Assembly: GCA_000091205.1 (NCBI GenBank)
Contig: AP006486.2
Reading direction: 5' to 3' (one strand)
Source of the DNA: Cyanidioschyzon merolae
Taxonomy: Eukaryota
DNA: 64,000 nucleotides
Below, in pieces: positions 1 to 11,425 of the stretch. The notes beneath the pieces are model-generated. The model was given only the letters and a program-made list of their open reading frames with translations. It searched no databases and had not been told where the DNA came from. The position numbers and the translations under genes are program-made. The number at the start of each line of letters is the position of its first letter. Position 1 is the first letter of the stretch.

Positions 1-606
1 AAGATTTTATGAGCGCGAGGTTGTTCGTATTGAATCCAGTGCCAGACGGCGAATGCAGGCTGAAGATCAAGTCGAGAAATCTCGACTCGTCTGGACACCC
101 CCTTTGTACAAAGCGATGATGCGCTCTCCACGAACGGCAATTGTTGCCGCTTCGACAAGCGATACTTGTTCTCGGTAGATGGTTTTGAATCCATTATCCC
201 TCTGTGCGCTAAGAAGCACCGGACCGACCTGCGTGTATTCCTTCTATTCCATGTTTTGTGCAGCACGGAAACCGGTCTCTCACGAAAATGGTCAGTTTTC
301 CAGAATGAAAAGCAATACCAACGTTTCACTTGAAATCCTTCTATTCAGTGTTCAGCGGAGCAGGTAGACGAGTGCATCAGGTATTCATACGATAGCGTTT
401 GGAGACTCGCACGCGCGCCCCATTTCCATACACCACTTCAGCTCCTTTTTGTCTCGCTTTGTGCGGACTTGCGCGAGCCAGGTACGATACCGTACCGAAA
501 GCCGCTGTGGAAGCGTCGTATAGGACGCTCCCGGCACTGCCTTGCTAACGTCCCGAGCTCGAAGGCTGCTCGGAAGCAGGTACCTGGTACCTCCAGGCCA
601 ACGGCA

Positions 607-1434
607 ATGTTGGGCGTGATTGGTGGCACGTCGCTGTTCCACTCACAGCGCTTTGCGGGCTTTGACAGACGACACGTCCATACACCATACGGGGAGGTCG
701 TCTGCTATTGCGACAGTACAGAACCGTCTCTGGTATTCTTGCAGCGGCACCATGCGGACGCTCATCGTGGTGTTGACGCGTATACGCCTCCACACCGTAT
801 AAACCATCGTGCAAACCTGTACGCCTTAAAGCAAGTCGGCGTGGACCGCTGTGTAGGTGTCTACAGTGTCGGATCTCTGAACCCCGCAATTCGAGTAGGG
901 ACCTGTGTGCTTACCCACGACTTTTGCTCCCTCGCGCAACTCTGTCGGGCGGAAACGTTTTATGACGAGGACATGCGAGGCCACGCAGTCATCCGCTTTG
1001 ATCAGATGCTTCGCGACCGAGTTCTGACGTCGCTCAAGGATCTGTCTGCTGCTTCCCAGATTGGCGATTCGAAGACAGCAGAAACGTCGTCTAAGCAGTC
1101 GTTTGTCATGGCTTCAACGGCTTCTGCAGCAATGAGTTTCCACGACGGTGGCGTTTACGTGCAAACCGCTGGACCCCGCTTCGAGACACCTGCCGAGGTT
1201 CGCATGCTGCGAACGTTCGGAGACGTGGTAGGTATGACTGGTGCCTCCGAGGCCGTCTGCTGTGGCGAGCTGGGAATCCCCTACATGCAAGTCTGCTTTG
1301 TCGATAACCTGGCGAATGGTCTGATCAGTGGAGCAGAACAAACGGAGATTGCTGAATTTCACGACAATGTGAAGGCTAATCTCAAACGCGTAGAGGTAAT
1401 TATTGACCGAGTGATTGAGACGTTGCGACATTGA
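607..1434 (+). CDS. 5'-methylthioadenosine / purine nucleoside phosphorylase family (MTAP-like; PNP_UDP_1 fold)
   Basis: The ORF 469-1434 was trimmed to the ATG at 607 (MLGVIGGTSLF). Motifs match MTAP: IGIIGGTGL~LGVIGGTSL, RH..PS.VNYQANIWALKE~RHH..PHRINHRANLYALKQ, GPRFSSRAE..FR.WGADV.NMT..PE~GPRFETPAEVRMLRTFGDVVGMTGASEA. It stops at TGA. Confidence 0.8.
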   Translation: MLGVIGGTSLFHSQRFAGFDRRHVHTPYGEVVCYCDSTEPSLVFLQRHHADAHRGVDAYTPPHRINHRANLYALKQVGVDRCVGVYSVGSLNPAIRVGTCVLTHDFCSLAQLCRAETFYDEDMRGHAVIRFDQMLRDRVLTSLKDLSAASQIGDSKTAETSSKQSFVMASTASAAMSFHDGGVYVQTAGPRFETPAEVRMLRTFGDVVGMTGASEAVCCGELGIPYMQVCFVDNLANGLISGAEQTEIAEFHDNVKANLKRVEVIIDRVIETLRH

Positions 1435-2998
1435 GCGCTGTAACCTGGGCAGGGTATTGCAAGGTCTCGCGCTATCTCGCTTGAACGCCTCGTATGAGTC
1501 GTTCACCCGTAGAACGCTTTGAAATGGTGTCGAAACTGGAGCTTGTCGGATTATACGAGCGCTCCTTTTATAATGGAATGCTTGGTGCGAAAAAAGTATC
1601 AAGTGACTGCGCATTGCTGGATATTCGAGCACGATGACAAATAGATCATGGCCGTGACAAGCGGCATTCGGACCGGCAACGCGGCAGCTGAGATTGTCTA
1701 TGGCGCCGAATGCATACAGACTTGCTCTACCAGTTCTTTTAGATCGAAAGAACATGCGTTCAAGGATATTCGTTCGTTCCATTGAATTTGGGGCTCATCG
1801 ACAAGTGCCCGCTCAGGCGGAAGCATTCGCAGAGGAGCCATACCTCCATGCAAACGCTTGCGAGCATGCGTACGGTTTCGTGCACGAATACATGCATACG
1901 CTCACAGAAAAACTCAGACAAATGCATATGAATACTAGCCCCGATGCGTTGATACATGAGCATCTACCCGTGCACGTGCATACACGAACGTTCACCGCCG
2001 TGTACCTCGCTGCAGAAAAGACAAGTGCCTAACGTGCTTGATGGCGTTTGGCATCGAGGGTTCACCTCTCGGAAAGCATCGCATGCAGCCGGTGATCCGA
2101 AACGGATTCCAAAAGTCTCTGGATTCAGAGATACCAATATCAGGAAACTCTCTGTCGATCAACCGCAAGCAAGCAAGATTGTGCTTTGCAGCGTCGCTGT
2201 GCTCCATCAAGATCCATAAACATTTGCTCAACTCCATTATACCGTTGTTGTTGCATGATGCGAGACATTCACGTAGCGTATCCGCAAGCAAACGCGAGGT
2301 TTTTACAGTCTAGAACCCAGCCGGGGCATCGTTCGCGGCAATATTGGGCACTCAGGCTCCTGTGCTGACGCAGACCAGACTCTCGGTGTCGAGCTGCTAC
2401 GCACACCCCGCGTATAACATAACATATGAGACAGGTACACATCTGTTTGCTCCATGCACGCCGGATGTAACCAAGGTCCCCACTGATGCGTGCTGGTCAT
2501 TGGTCGTCGGGAAATCGATCACCATTACCACCATCATGATCATCATTTTCAGCACTTGTCCGCTGGAGAATTGCTCGGCTCTTCTGTCCACGCATGCGGC
2601 AGCGTGCACTGCGCAGGGCCTGTAGAGACCATCACCCTACACGCAAATACTGAAAGCCTCGATCCCATCTTGGTCCACGCGAACGTTCTTACGTACGACC
2701 CGTGCACATGCAGGCGCCATTGTATTCACTGAATGAAACGAGTACGAGCGGCGCGCGTGAACGCTCATCATTCCTTTCACGAAACTGGGGAAGCTGTGGA
2801 CCAGGAGCCACGTCCAAGGCCAAGCGCCACCCGATTCAGTGTTTCGCATCTTGCCTCTTTCGATATCAAGCCTTGGGAAATGCGATCAGAGCGGACGCTC
2901 ATCCGAACTCCACCCTTTGCAGTTCATGTCATGGGTGTGTACGTCCCGCGTCCAGAGAGATACCTCACAAACTGAAGGTGATCAGCGTGCGTCTCGCT

Positions 2999-4489
2999 CT
3001 AGTTCCGTGAAGCGTGTCGTGTGGTAGCAGCATAGCTGCCGTCCTCACCTCGCTGAGACCCCAGCGTGCGTATGCGCTGGTGCCAGTGTCGGATACGCTC
3101 AACGAGTTTCGCTTGCGAAATCGTCTGCAGTACTCCATCGTGGACCACCCGGCGAGCACCTATCCAAACATCCGTCACTTGGTCCGGTCCCGCTCCATAA
3201 ACCAAAGCCGAACACACATCGTGCACAGGCATTGTTGAGAGGCCATCTGCAACTCGTACGGCAATGAAATCGGCTGCCTTGCCAGGTTCCAAGGAACCCA
3301 GCAAGTGGTCCAGTCCCAGTGCTCGGGCGCCTTGAATCGTCGCCATACGCAGCACCTGATAGGCCGTAAGGCAATCGCTGCGACCTGTACTTCCTTTGGC
3401 CAAGAGCGCTGCAAGGCGCATCTCAGCCCACATGTCGAGTCGGTTGTTACTGGCAGCGCTGTCCGTTCCGAGGGCGACGTTGATGCCGGCGTCCAGCATC
3501 TTGGTAAGCGGAAAAACACCACTGCCCAGTTTCAAATTCGACGCTGGACAGTGCACGACCGAGGCACCTCTCCTGCGCACCAGCTCGATATGCGCATCCG
3601 TCACATGCACCATGTGCACAAGAGTCCAGTTTGCAGCCAACAGGCCGAGTCGCTCTAAGTTGTCCAGTGGCGCACCTGCAAACTCGCTGCGGTGGCAGAC
3701 AAGTACCCCACGATCCAGCGTTTGACTCGCCTTCACCTCCGCAGCTGTCTCGTGCATGTGGATGTGCACCCGTCGGCCTTCATCCATCGCTCGTTTCCCG
3801 ACCTCACGGAGGATTTCCTCTGATACCGAGTAAGTTGCATGGGGCGCGTAGCTGCTTTCCATTAAGGGAATCTCCCGGTGGGGATTTTCTGGCGAGTCCT
3901 TTAGGGTGCCTTCTGCGATGATCTGCGTCAAGCGGCTCGCTTTTTGAAAGTATTCTTCTGGGCCAGAGCCGTAGCGGCTCGGAAAGTCCACCACGACCAT
4001 GCCGAGCACTGCACGCATGCCGGCTTCCCGGCACACTTGCGCGGTGACCTCTGGATACCAGTACATATCGTTTAGGGTGGTGCAACCGCTTCGCAGCAGT
4101 TCCGCAACCGCCAGCATGCTACCGTCACGAACAAAGTGCTCGTCGACCAGTTCGCGTTCCAGTGGCCAGATCACGCTACGCAGCCAGGTGTCTAGCGCTT
4201 GATCGTCTCCAAGTCCTCGAAACAGGCTCATGGCAGCGTGTGTGTGCGCGTTGATCAGACCAGGAAGCAGAGCGTGCTCAGAGAGGCACACTCGCTCGGC
4301 GCTGGGGTACCGCTTCCACGCCTCTTCTCGCGGAAGAACGGCCGCTATCCGGTCACCCTCTAGAACAAGCGCGTGATCTTCCAGCCATAGCGGCTCGTTG
4401 GCATGGGTTTCATCCCATACTGGAAGCAGCCACCGCGCAGCTACCACTTGTTGAGCGACGGAACGAGCGCTCCCACGAACCAGGGCCAT
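2999..4489 (-). CDS. Amidohydrolase-superfamily nucleoside deaminase (MtaD / MTA-SAH deaminase / ATZ-TRZ-like)
   Basis: A 496 aa ORF starting at ATG. It carries the N-terminal metal-binding motif PGLINAHTHAAMSLFRGLGDDQALDTWL typical of MtaD/SsnA/guanine-deaminase-like amidohydrolases. Its C-terminal GTDSAASNN...D region is the conserved Asp-containing end of this fold. Confidence 0.75.
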   Translation of the reverse strand: MALVRGSARSVAQQVVAARWLLPVWDETHANEPLWLEDHALVLEGDRIAAVLPREEAWKRYPSAERVCLSEHALLPGLINAHTHAAMSLFRGLGDDQALDTWLRSVIWPLERELVDEHFVRDGSMLAVAELLRSGCTTLNDMYWYPEVTAQVCREAGMRAVLGMVVVDFPSRYGSGPEEYFQKASRLTQIIAEGTLKDSPENPHREIPLMESSYAPHATYSVSEEILREVGKRAMDEGRRVHIHMHETAAEVKASQTLDRGVLVCHRSEFAGAPLDNLERLGLLAANWTLVHMVHVTDAHIELVRRRGASVVHCPASNLKLGSGVFPLTKMLDAGINVALGTDSAASNNRLDMWAEMRLAALLAKGSTGRSDCLTAYQVLRMATIQGARALGLDHLLGSLEPGKAADFIAVRVADGLSTMPVHDVCSALVYGAGPDQVTDVWIGARRVVHDGVLQTISQAKLVERIRHWHQRIRTLGSQRGEDGSYAATTRHASRN

Positions 4490-7400
4490 TCGAGAGCGAG
4501 TGCCCTACAAACTATTGCAACCGCAACGCACCGCCTGTCGAGGAATGAGCGCTTTCGTTCAACGCTTCCCGTAACAGCACAGGGGTATGGATCTAGCTGG
4601 TGAAGTCGCACGAAAGCCTGGTTAATGGCGGCTTGTCTAATGGAGCTGAGAGGTATCGGTCGGTGTAGCGAAGAAGTCGCCGTTTGGCTAGCGCTCCTGC
4701 GGACAATCGCAAATTCGCTGTTTCGTGAAAACGATCGTGTGGCATCCCGAGGGATGAAAAGTGGTTGCCTCTGTATGCGGCAACTCGAGTGCCTTGCAGC
4801 TTTTTGCAACCATAGGGACATCAGCAAGCATATGCCGTGCATACCACGCCAGGATAGAATCCCAAGATAAAGAATGTTGTATGGTAGAATCCAAGGGTTC
4901 TGCAGCGAGAACAGCTCTCTATGCATACCAGTGAACTTTCGAAATCTGGTACCCACATGCATTTTTTGTTTCTGTTTGTTGTTCTCGCAAGTATTCAATG
5001 GAAGGAATGTATCCTGCAGCTCGTAGAAAGGCCATGGAGAGCCTTGATGCTGTCGCTGCTCCCCAGAAGAGAACGGTCTTGGTTGTTCAGGTCAATCATT
5101 CTACCGAAAAAACGTGGCTTGACGAGACCACAAGTCTCGAAGTCTCCACTCTGGACGTCGTGAACTCATAACAGAGCTTGCCCAGTCCGATGTACTCGAC
5201 TGCCTCCTTGTCAATCCATTCTTGGCTTCCGTTCTCTACCATATCCTATGAAAGGAGCCGCAGGATTTAGAGATTCCGTACGGTTCGTATGAAGGGTGAT
5301 GAAGAGATTCAGTTGAATAGTGAAAGCGCACGCTTCCACCCGAGAGTATCGCGTACGGATCAACAAGCTATTGATTTCTTACTGAAGCACCAGCACTTTT
5401 CACAGGAGGAACTGGTGTTTGTCCAACTCGACCAGACTCCATCCGAGAGAAACTGGAGTCATGTATACGGATTGTCAGAGAGGGATAAACCAGTTTACGA
5501 ACGGCGAGCAACGGCGAGCACATTGGAAACATGCGCCCTAGCGGCAATCGCGTCTTGTGGTAGACTAGAGATCGCGAAACTGACATGATCGTTGGACATC
5601 TCATTCTTTTCCAGAAGCTTTCTGTGGCTTCTCGTCGGCGCATACATCTGTGGTGCTCGTAGACACCGTCGTTTTCTATCGCTCTTTAGCGGTCATGGAG
5701 TACTCGACTGAGACTGGCCTTCAGCTGATAATTTTCGATCTGGCCTCCTCTGCCCTGCTGAATCGAGTCGAGGGCGTCTTCGCTGGTATCCACCTCCATT
5801 TTGACGCTCACGGATCAATGAACGAGTCTTTCGCATCCGCCATACCGTCCTCCAACCAATCATTTTCAATGTTCACCAGCCCAGACCTGTGTTGCTGCGC
5901 ATTTGCTCATGCACGGGAGGAAGCGCAGGGCCGCGCTTCGGTCTGCAGGCGTGCTTACAACGCGGAAGGTGAGGAAAACTTGCCCGAGGAATAACAGACA
6001 CTTTCATAGAACAGCTTGTTTCGGTCCTACCGTCTAACCAGTGCATATTCATCCCGGGGTAAAGGAGGGATACAGCGTATAGCATCCACATACACACCGT
6101 GCCGGCCCGTAGAGGAGAAGGAGAAGAAACCAATAGACAGAGAAGAGAAGCATCTTCACGAAAGGAAGATACAATGGAGCACAAACGATGAACTCATGAC
6201 GCGGAAAGACCAATCTGCAATCGGTGTCAAGGCCTGCTATCAAAACACAACTTCGGCATGTATCTTCCGAAACGTACGCTGCAGGACGCCAGTAGGATTC
6301 GCGTATCTTCGCTTACCCTGACACGTCTCATCAAGCATCTATTCGTAGCAGCACTGGACGCATGGCTGCCAGCTTTCACAACCCTACCGAGGTTCTCGAT
6401 GAAACCTTCAAGCGACGACTGAAATCCGAGACAGAAAACGCACTACGGCCTGATCAGCGGTTGAGCGCTGTGGAGAGGCGTTTTCCAGAATAGCTTGACG
6501 CGTCACCGCGTCGAGAAGAACCTCGCCTGCACCGGTACCAAGGGGTACCGACGCATTCTCAAGAGCCAAATCCATATGCGGGTCAATATCGAGCGCTTTA
6601 TGCGACATTGGCACACGTGTATTTTGGGCGTTCGGCTCGCTGTAGCCTGGTCTTGCAAACCCCGAAAAGTGCAAACATATGGGAGGGATTCTTGGAGTGT
6701 CGATGGAAACGGGTGACGAGCTTGTGTTCGCGGAAGACATCGAGGCTGTTGCGAGTTCGGAAACGATGTCACAACGAGAACGAGAGTCGCTCCGCATCAC
6801 TCAACTTGATGGTGCTGCTTTCGGCCTCGCTGCGGCGATATGCATATCCAAAGCATTTCTGGAACTCGATAGCCGCTTTGCTAGCGCCCTGTTATGCTAT
6901 CTTTTCCTGAACAGAGTTATACAAAACGAAAGTGACGCTCATCCCGAATCTGAGGCGCCAGCTAGCCGCCTCACGCGTCCTGGCGAAGCGATCCCTATAT
7001 ACTACATCAAGGCTCACTGTATCACTGCAGGCACGTTCGTAACGTGCTGTATGGCCTCTTCGACGAGCTGCGACTGGCCCCTGCAGCCCAGCATCAAGAA
7101 TTCGACGAGCTTCACGAAGGGCATTACGTTCGCTCGCTCGAGGTTTCACGTTTACTCGGAAGAGATGGGAAAAATTTTACAGGGACGATATAGACCAACG
7201 ACATATCAGTCTATGCCTACTTTGTGACACCTATACATGAGTCTAGCAACCAGAATCCTTCGCAACCTTTCAAGGTAGATGCAGAGAATCACTTTCTGGT
7301 GAGCGTGGATCCCACGTCTAGCAAAATCATCGCCGTCGCCGTCCCTCTACATCAAGAGAACGGAGCCAAAGACCTGAAACCGAAACAGATCATATTCCTC

Positions 7401-7600
7401 AACTTTTTTAGAGCTCGGTACCATTCAGTGTCAGACGTGATGGACCCCAAGAAGCAAACGAACATATGGAATGACGGTGACGGGACATGTTTCGATTCTC
7501 TGACCACCGTATCCAGCTGATCGGTGTATGCTTTGTAGGCTTCAGTCCGAGCGCGTATGAACGTCCAAACGGATCGTGCTAACGATATCCTCCAGAAGTA

Positions 7601-7780
7601 TACGAGGCCGCTAGAAGTGTACAACGGATACGGTTGCACACAGGCAAGAGGCATCCATTTTGCAGCGTGTTCATTGAATCGGAAAAAAAGAAGTTACCGA
7701 GGCCGCTAGAAGTGTACAACGGATACGGTTGCACACAGGCAAGAGGCATGCATTGTGCAGCGTGTTTATTGAATCGGATC
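7601..7780. repeat. Diverged tandem duplication, 2 units of about 80-90 bp separated by an A-rich linker
   Basis: The unit gaggccgctagaagtgtacaacggatacggttgcacacaggcaagaggcatSCATTKTGCAGCGTGTTYATTGAATCGGA occurs twice (7601-7688 and 7692-7780) with a few substitutions. Confidence 0.6.
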
Positions 7781-8730
7781 AAGATAGTACTGAAAAGCCT
7801 CTTCGTTAGGTGGTAGCCTACGGCACTGGACGTTCTGTGACGCGCAAGAACTACACTCCCGCTGGTTCAGCGGCAGCGCACAACGAGTACGCGGACCGAT
7901 ACAGCACGTTCGCAGTCAAAGCGTTTTGAATGACATCAGCGCATCGCGAGCACAGGTGCAAGCTGAAACAGTTCACGAAGACGATCGTGAACCAGACCCG
8001 CGTTTCTGAAATGGTGAACAGTCCGATGACCGATCCTCAAGTACCGGAGCAGTCGAAGCTAACAAGCTTGCTTCGGTGCGATTCCACCCGCAAGTGCAGG
8101 CGAAAGCGCACGCTGCACTGACACTTGAACTCTTCGATGAACGGACGGGAAAGTATCGAGCATCGGGAGCATCCGGTGGGTTTGTACACGTCGCACTCGC
8201 GAGTGAACCGCCTAGCGCTCAGAGTTGGCATCGTTTTGCAAAGTCGAGCACGTACGATGAGAGAAACATAAGCAATGGCCAGGAGAAAGGCGAACGGGTA
8301 CCCGTTTGGGGCAACGTTCCGATATGGTTTGTTCCAGGAATCCAATAAGGCTAGAGCGCCGTACATAAACATAAGGCACGGTTTTCCTAGGCAATTTCTG
8401 AATGACAATGTTGTCCCATCCTTCCAAGACGCCAAACCGACTGCACCAGTTGACCCAAAGACAAGTCGCTTGGTTTCGAAAGCCTCCAGAGATTCTGCGG
8501 CTGCTCCTGTGCTTATTACGGTTGTCTAAACAGTATGCCGATGAATCTTTGAATGAAGCGACGACATGACAATGACTAGAATACAGTGCACCGTCGATGG
8601 TGCACTCCAAGCAGTGCCGCTGTGAGCGCAGCGCCATGCCGCGTCCCCATTGGAACAACGATGCATTTTCTGATCAGGTTACACGCTTCGGCTGCATAGA
8701 TGCAGGACATAGACCAAAGATTTTTACAGC

Positions 8731-10995
8731 TCAGCGAAGCTGTTCGCTACCAATGAGACCGGTGGCTTGGCGCGCGCGGCGCTGCAGCTGCACACGCCTA
8801 CTGTGCTCGGCCTGCAACCGCTGAGCAGCAAAGACCTCCTGTCGGCGTCGGAGCACTCTCCCGGTTGCTCGCAGCTCACGTCGGAACTGCTGACGCAGTT
8901 TCTTATCCTCATCGGTTTGCTGGCTGGAACTGCGCCCCGCTCGGTCCATGTCCAGCCGCGGATTCAGCAACTTGGGCTCGTTCGCGCGATAGCGATGCCG
9001 CGGAGCTGTCGGCAGTGAACGCTCTGCTTTTTGTAGCGCTGCGGTGTATCGCTTGCACCAGGGCGGCAGGTCCGTGTCCATCACCAGAAACAATTCCCGC
9101 AAAGACGACTGTAATGCGACACCGAGCGGCAGCTGGAGGTACCGCTGCATCTGTGCGTTCTGTTCCAGTTGCTCGCAGAGTGTCCCTGTGGCGAGCGACA
9201 ACAACGCCGGGTCGACCACGGCAGTGCTCGCTGGTACCGCGCACTGGTACAAGTGATCCAGAGCCTCCGAGGCGGATGTATCACGGGTGACACTGTTCTC
9301 GATGAGTCCATGGCGATCTGCGAACGACTTTGTGGACTGGCGAAAGAGCCGCAAGAGATCCAGCAACGCGCGCAGGAAAGCGTACGCATCGGGGTGGAGT
9401 CGTCCCGAGGCCAGCACCAAGCCATCGATCCATAAGTGTGCCAGGACGATCAGCAAAGCCAGTGAGCGCCAAGTCGAGGGCGGCATTTCTGCGGTCACCG
9501 GATGCGAACCTGTCTGGGCGTCTAATGCCAGTGTCATACTGCCAAAGAACTCGCTGAGAAGCAGGGCGAGCGGTGCGGTTACCGGATGCCGAGATTGCTG
9601 CTTCGGAAACAGCCGACACAGTGCCTGCATGACTAGTGCCGCTGACCAGAGTCGTCGCCAGCCAGCCTCTTCACAAGTCCAATGCATCCACTGATCTGGT
9701 GCAATACGCAGCAATTCCTCCAATCGTCTGAGCTGGTGCAGTGCCCACTGTCCGAGCGTGGCAGCAACATGACTACCGTGGTCACTGATCTCCATATCGG
9801 AAGCGGCGTTGCCAGCACCGACAGACACCAGACCTGGGGGTGATGCTTTCGCTGGCGAGGCAGATCGTGGACGCCATCTCCCGCCCAGAAAACGAGCGGC
9901 TTCCTCGTCAATCTTTGCGAGGCAGGTATCGAGTGCGGGGTTCTCACGAATCGGCGGCATTTGTTGCCAGAGCTGCTCCAACGCGTGAAGCTGATGAGCC
10001 AGGGCCGAGTGCGCGTCTGCACCAGCAGCGTGCTGTGCGAGCGAGTCGCTGTGTGATTCATCGGGATCGGCATCGGAACTGAGCGAGTCAGGGTCCATTG
10101 GAAGCAACGGAGTTCCGTTCGCGTCTTCTGAAAGAAGCTTCTGGCTCATCGGTGTAGATTCAACAGAGAAAGTATCGTTGGTTAGCTCTTTTGCTGCAAG
10201 CAGGCCCAATGCGCGCTCTTGCCGCCGAGTTTCTTTGATGGACTCTGGTTCGGCGGGCTTCGAGCGGGGCTCCTCAGCTAGCTGCTGAAGCATCAGATCG
10301 TATTCATCCAGCGTTGCAACGGGTACGGTCGGGTGAGCATCTGCGTTCGCTGCGTCATTTTTGTTGGTGGATTTCCTTCGTACGAGCTGGTCGCTAAGCT
10401 CGCGGAACACTGCATCCAGACGTTCTGTTTGCTGCTCGTGAAGCAGGCGCTCCAACTGCCGCTCTTTTTTGACCCGTTCGCGCTGCAGTGCCCAGTTCTC
10501 CATGAGGTCTCTAAACCGAGGTTTTGAACGGGACGTTTCCGAGTCGCCGCCGGAATCATTCGTCTCGGTTGCAGCGAGCAGGTCAACTGCCCCGCCTACG
10601 TCCCCAGAACTATCGCTGCGATCGTCAGGGAGCGCATCAAACGAATCCAAGGTCAAGTCAGTCTTATGTCGCTTGCGATCGAGCGTTCGGCCCGACTTGG
10701 CTGCATCGAGCAAAGGTTTCCCGTGATGCGTCAACGTCGTTGGGACGCCACGATCCTCCTCGAGTTCCACCGGTGAGTCATCGCTGCCTTCGACACTATC
10801 CAGCTGGAAACGCTTCCGATCCCGTGAGTACTGTGACACCCGCCCCAACCGGGAGGGTTTATTCGAATCCCGGGTTCCCCGGAAAGCGGCATTTTCTCTG
10901 CTGGGCAGCGAGTTTCCCAGGGCGTTTCGTTTGGCGTCGAGCGTCCGCTCTCGTTTCCGGACGCCACGATTTATAAATCGATCAAAGAGGTTCAT
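8731..10995 (-). CDS. Large hypothetical protein (754 aa), Ser/Asp/Arg-rich with a basic C-terminus; no recognisable domain
   Basis: A long uninterrupted ORF with an ATG start in a gene-dense intron-poor genome. Composition is biased and I recognise no family. The antisense ORFs overlapping it are considered spurious. Confidence 0.4.
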   Translation of the reverse strand: MNLFDRFINRGVRKRERTLDAKRNALGNSLPSRENAAFRGTRDSNKPSRLGRVSQYSRDRKRFQLDSVEGSDDSPVELEEDRGVPTTLTHHGKPLLDAAKSGRTLDRKRHKTDLTLDSFDALPDDRSDSSGDVGGAVDLLAATETNDSGGDSETSRSKPRFRDLMENWALQRERVKKERQLERLLHEQQTERLDAVFRELSDQLVRRKSTNKNDAANADAHPTVPVATLDEYDLMLQQLAEEPRSKPAEPESIKETRRQERALGLLAAKELTNDTFSVESTPMSQKLLSEDANGTPLLPMDPDSLSSDADPDESHSDSLAQHAAGADAHSALAHQLHALEQLWQQMPPIRENPALDTCLAKIDEEAARFLGGRWRPRSASPAKASPPGLVSVGAGNAASDMEISDHGSHVAATLGQWALHQLRRLEELLRIAPDQWMHWTCEEAGWRRLWSAALVMQALCRLFPKQQSRHPVTAPLALLLSEFFGSMTLALDAQTGSHPVTAEMPPSTWRSLALLIVLAHLWIDGLVLASGRLHPDAYAFLRALLDLLRLFRQSTKSFADRHGLIENSVTRDTSASEALDHLYQCAVPASTAVVDPALLSLATGTLCEQLEQNAQMQRYLQLPLGVALQSSLRELFLVMDTDLPPWCKRYTAALQKAERSLPTAPRHRYRANEPKLLNPRLDMDRAGRSSSQQTDEDKKLRQQFRRELRATGRVLRRRQEVFAAQRLQAEHSRRVQLQRRARQATGLIGSEQLR

Positions 10996-11194
10996 ACCTT
11001 AAGCTATGCGCTGAAGGTTGTAACCTACAGTAAAGTTGCTTGGGGCCTAACAAAGACTTCAGCGCTGCACGGGTGCGTCGCAAACGCTGCACGAAAAAAG
11101 ATGCATTAAGGACTGGACAACAATGTGTGTGCGCATCAACTTAGCGCCTGCACGACGGGCACCGTCTGAAGGCGTGTTTTATGGGCTGTATCAT

Positions 11195-11425
11195 TTCGGT
11201 ACAGACGCTTCCTGCTGAAGCGTACACTGCTATGTATAGGTGCAACGGCAATAGCGACGGACGCCAGTCGTTCCTATACTGTGGTCATGATATGACGGGC
11301 TGGTATCGTTGCGTTGGAAACGCTTCCTCTTGCTGAGTACGCCAGTGACCAAAGGTGCACCGCCCGTGCCGACGGAAGCCGGTCAATGCTATACTGAGGT
11401 CATGATCGGGCTTTACTCTGTGCGA
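11195..11425. repeat. Diverged tandem duplication, 2 units of about 105 bp
   Basis: Both units share ...acgcttcctSYTGCTGARYRYRC...ggtgcaMcg...cgacggaMgccaGtc..tcctatactgWggtcatgatMKGRcgggct. The ORFs 11309-11506 that cross the junction are probably spurious. Confidence 0.5.

Noticed and set aside
607-4489. Interpreting the MTAP and MtaD pair as a prokaryotic operon or contaminant contig
   Set aside because: The genes are convergent, not co-directional. The flanking sequence carries eukaryotic genes, and GC content and style are uniform across the window.
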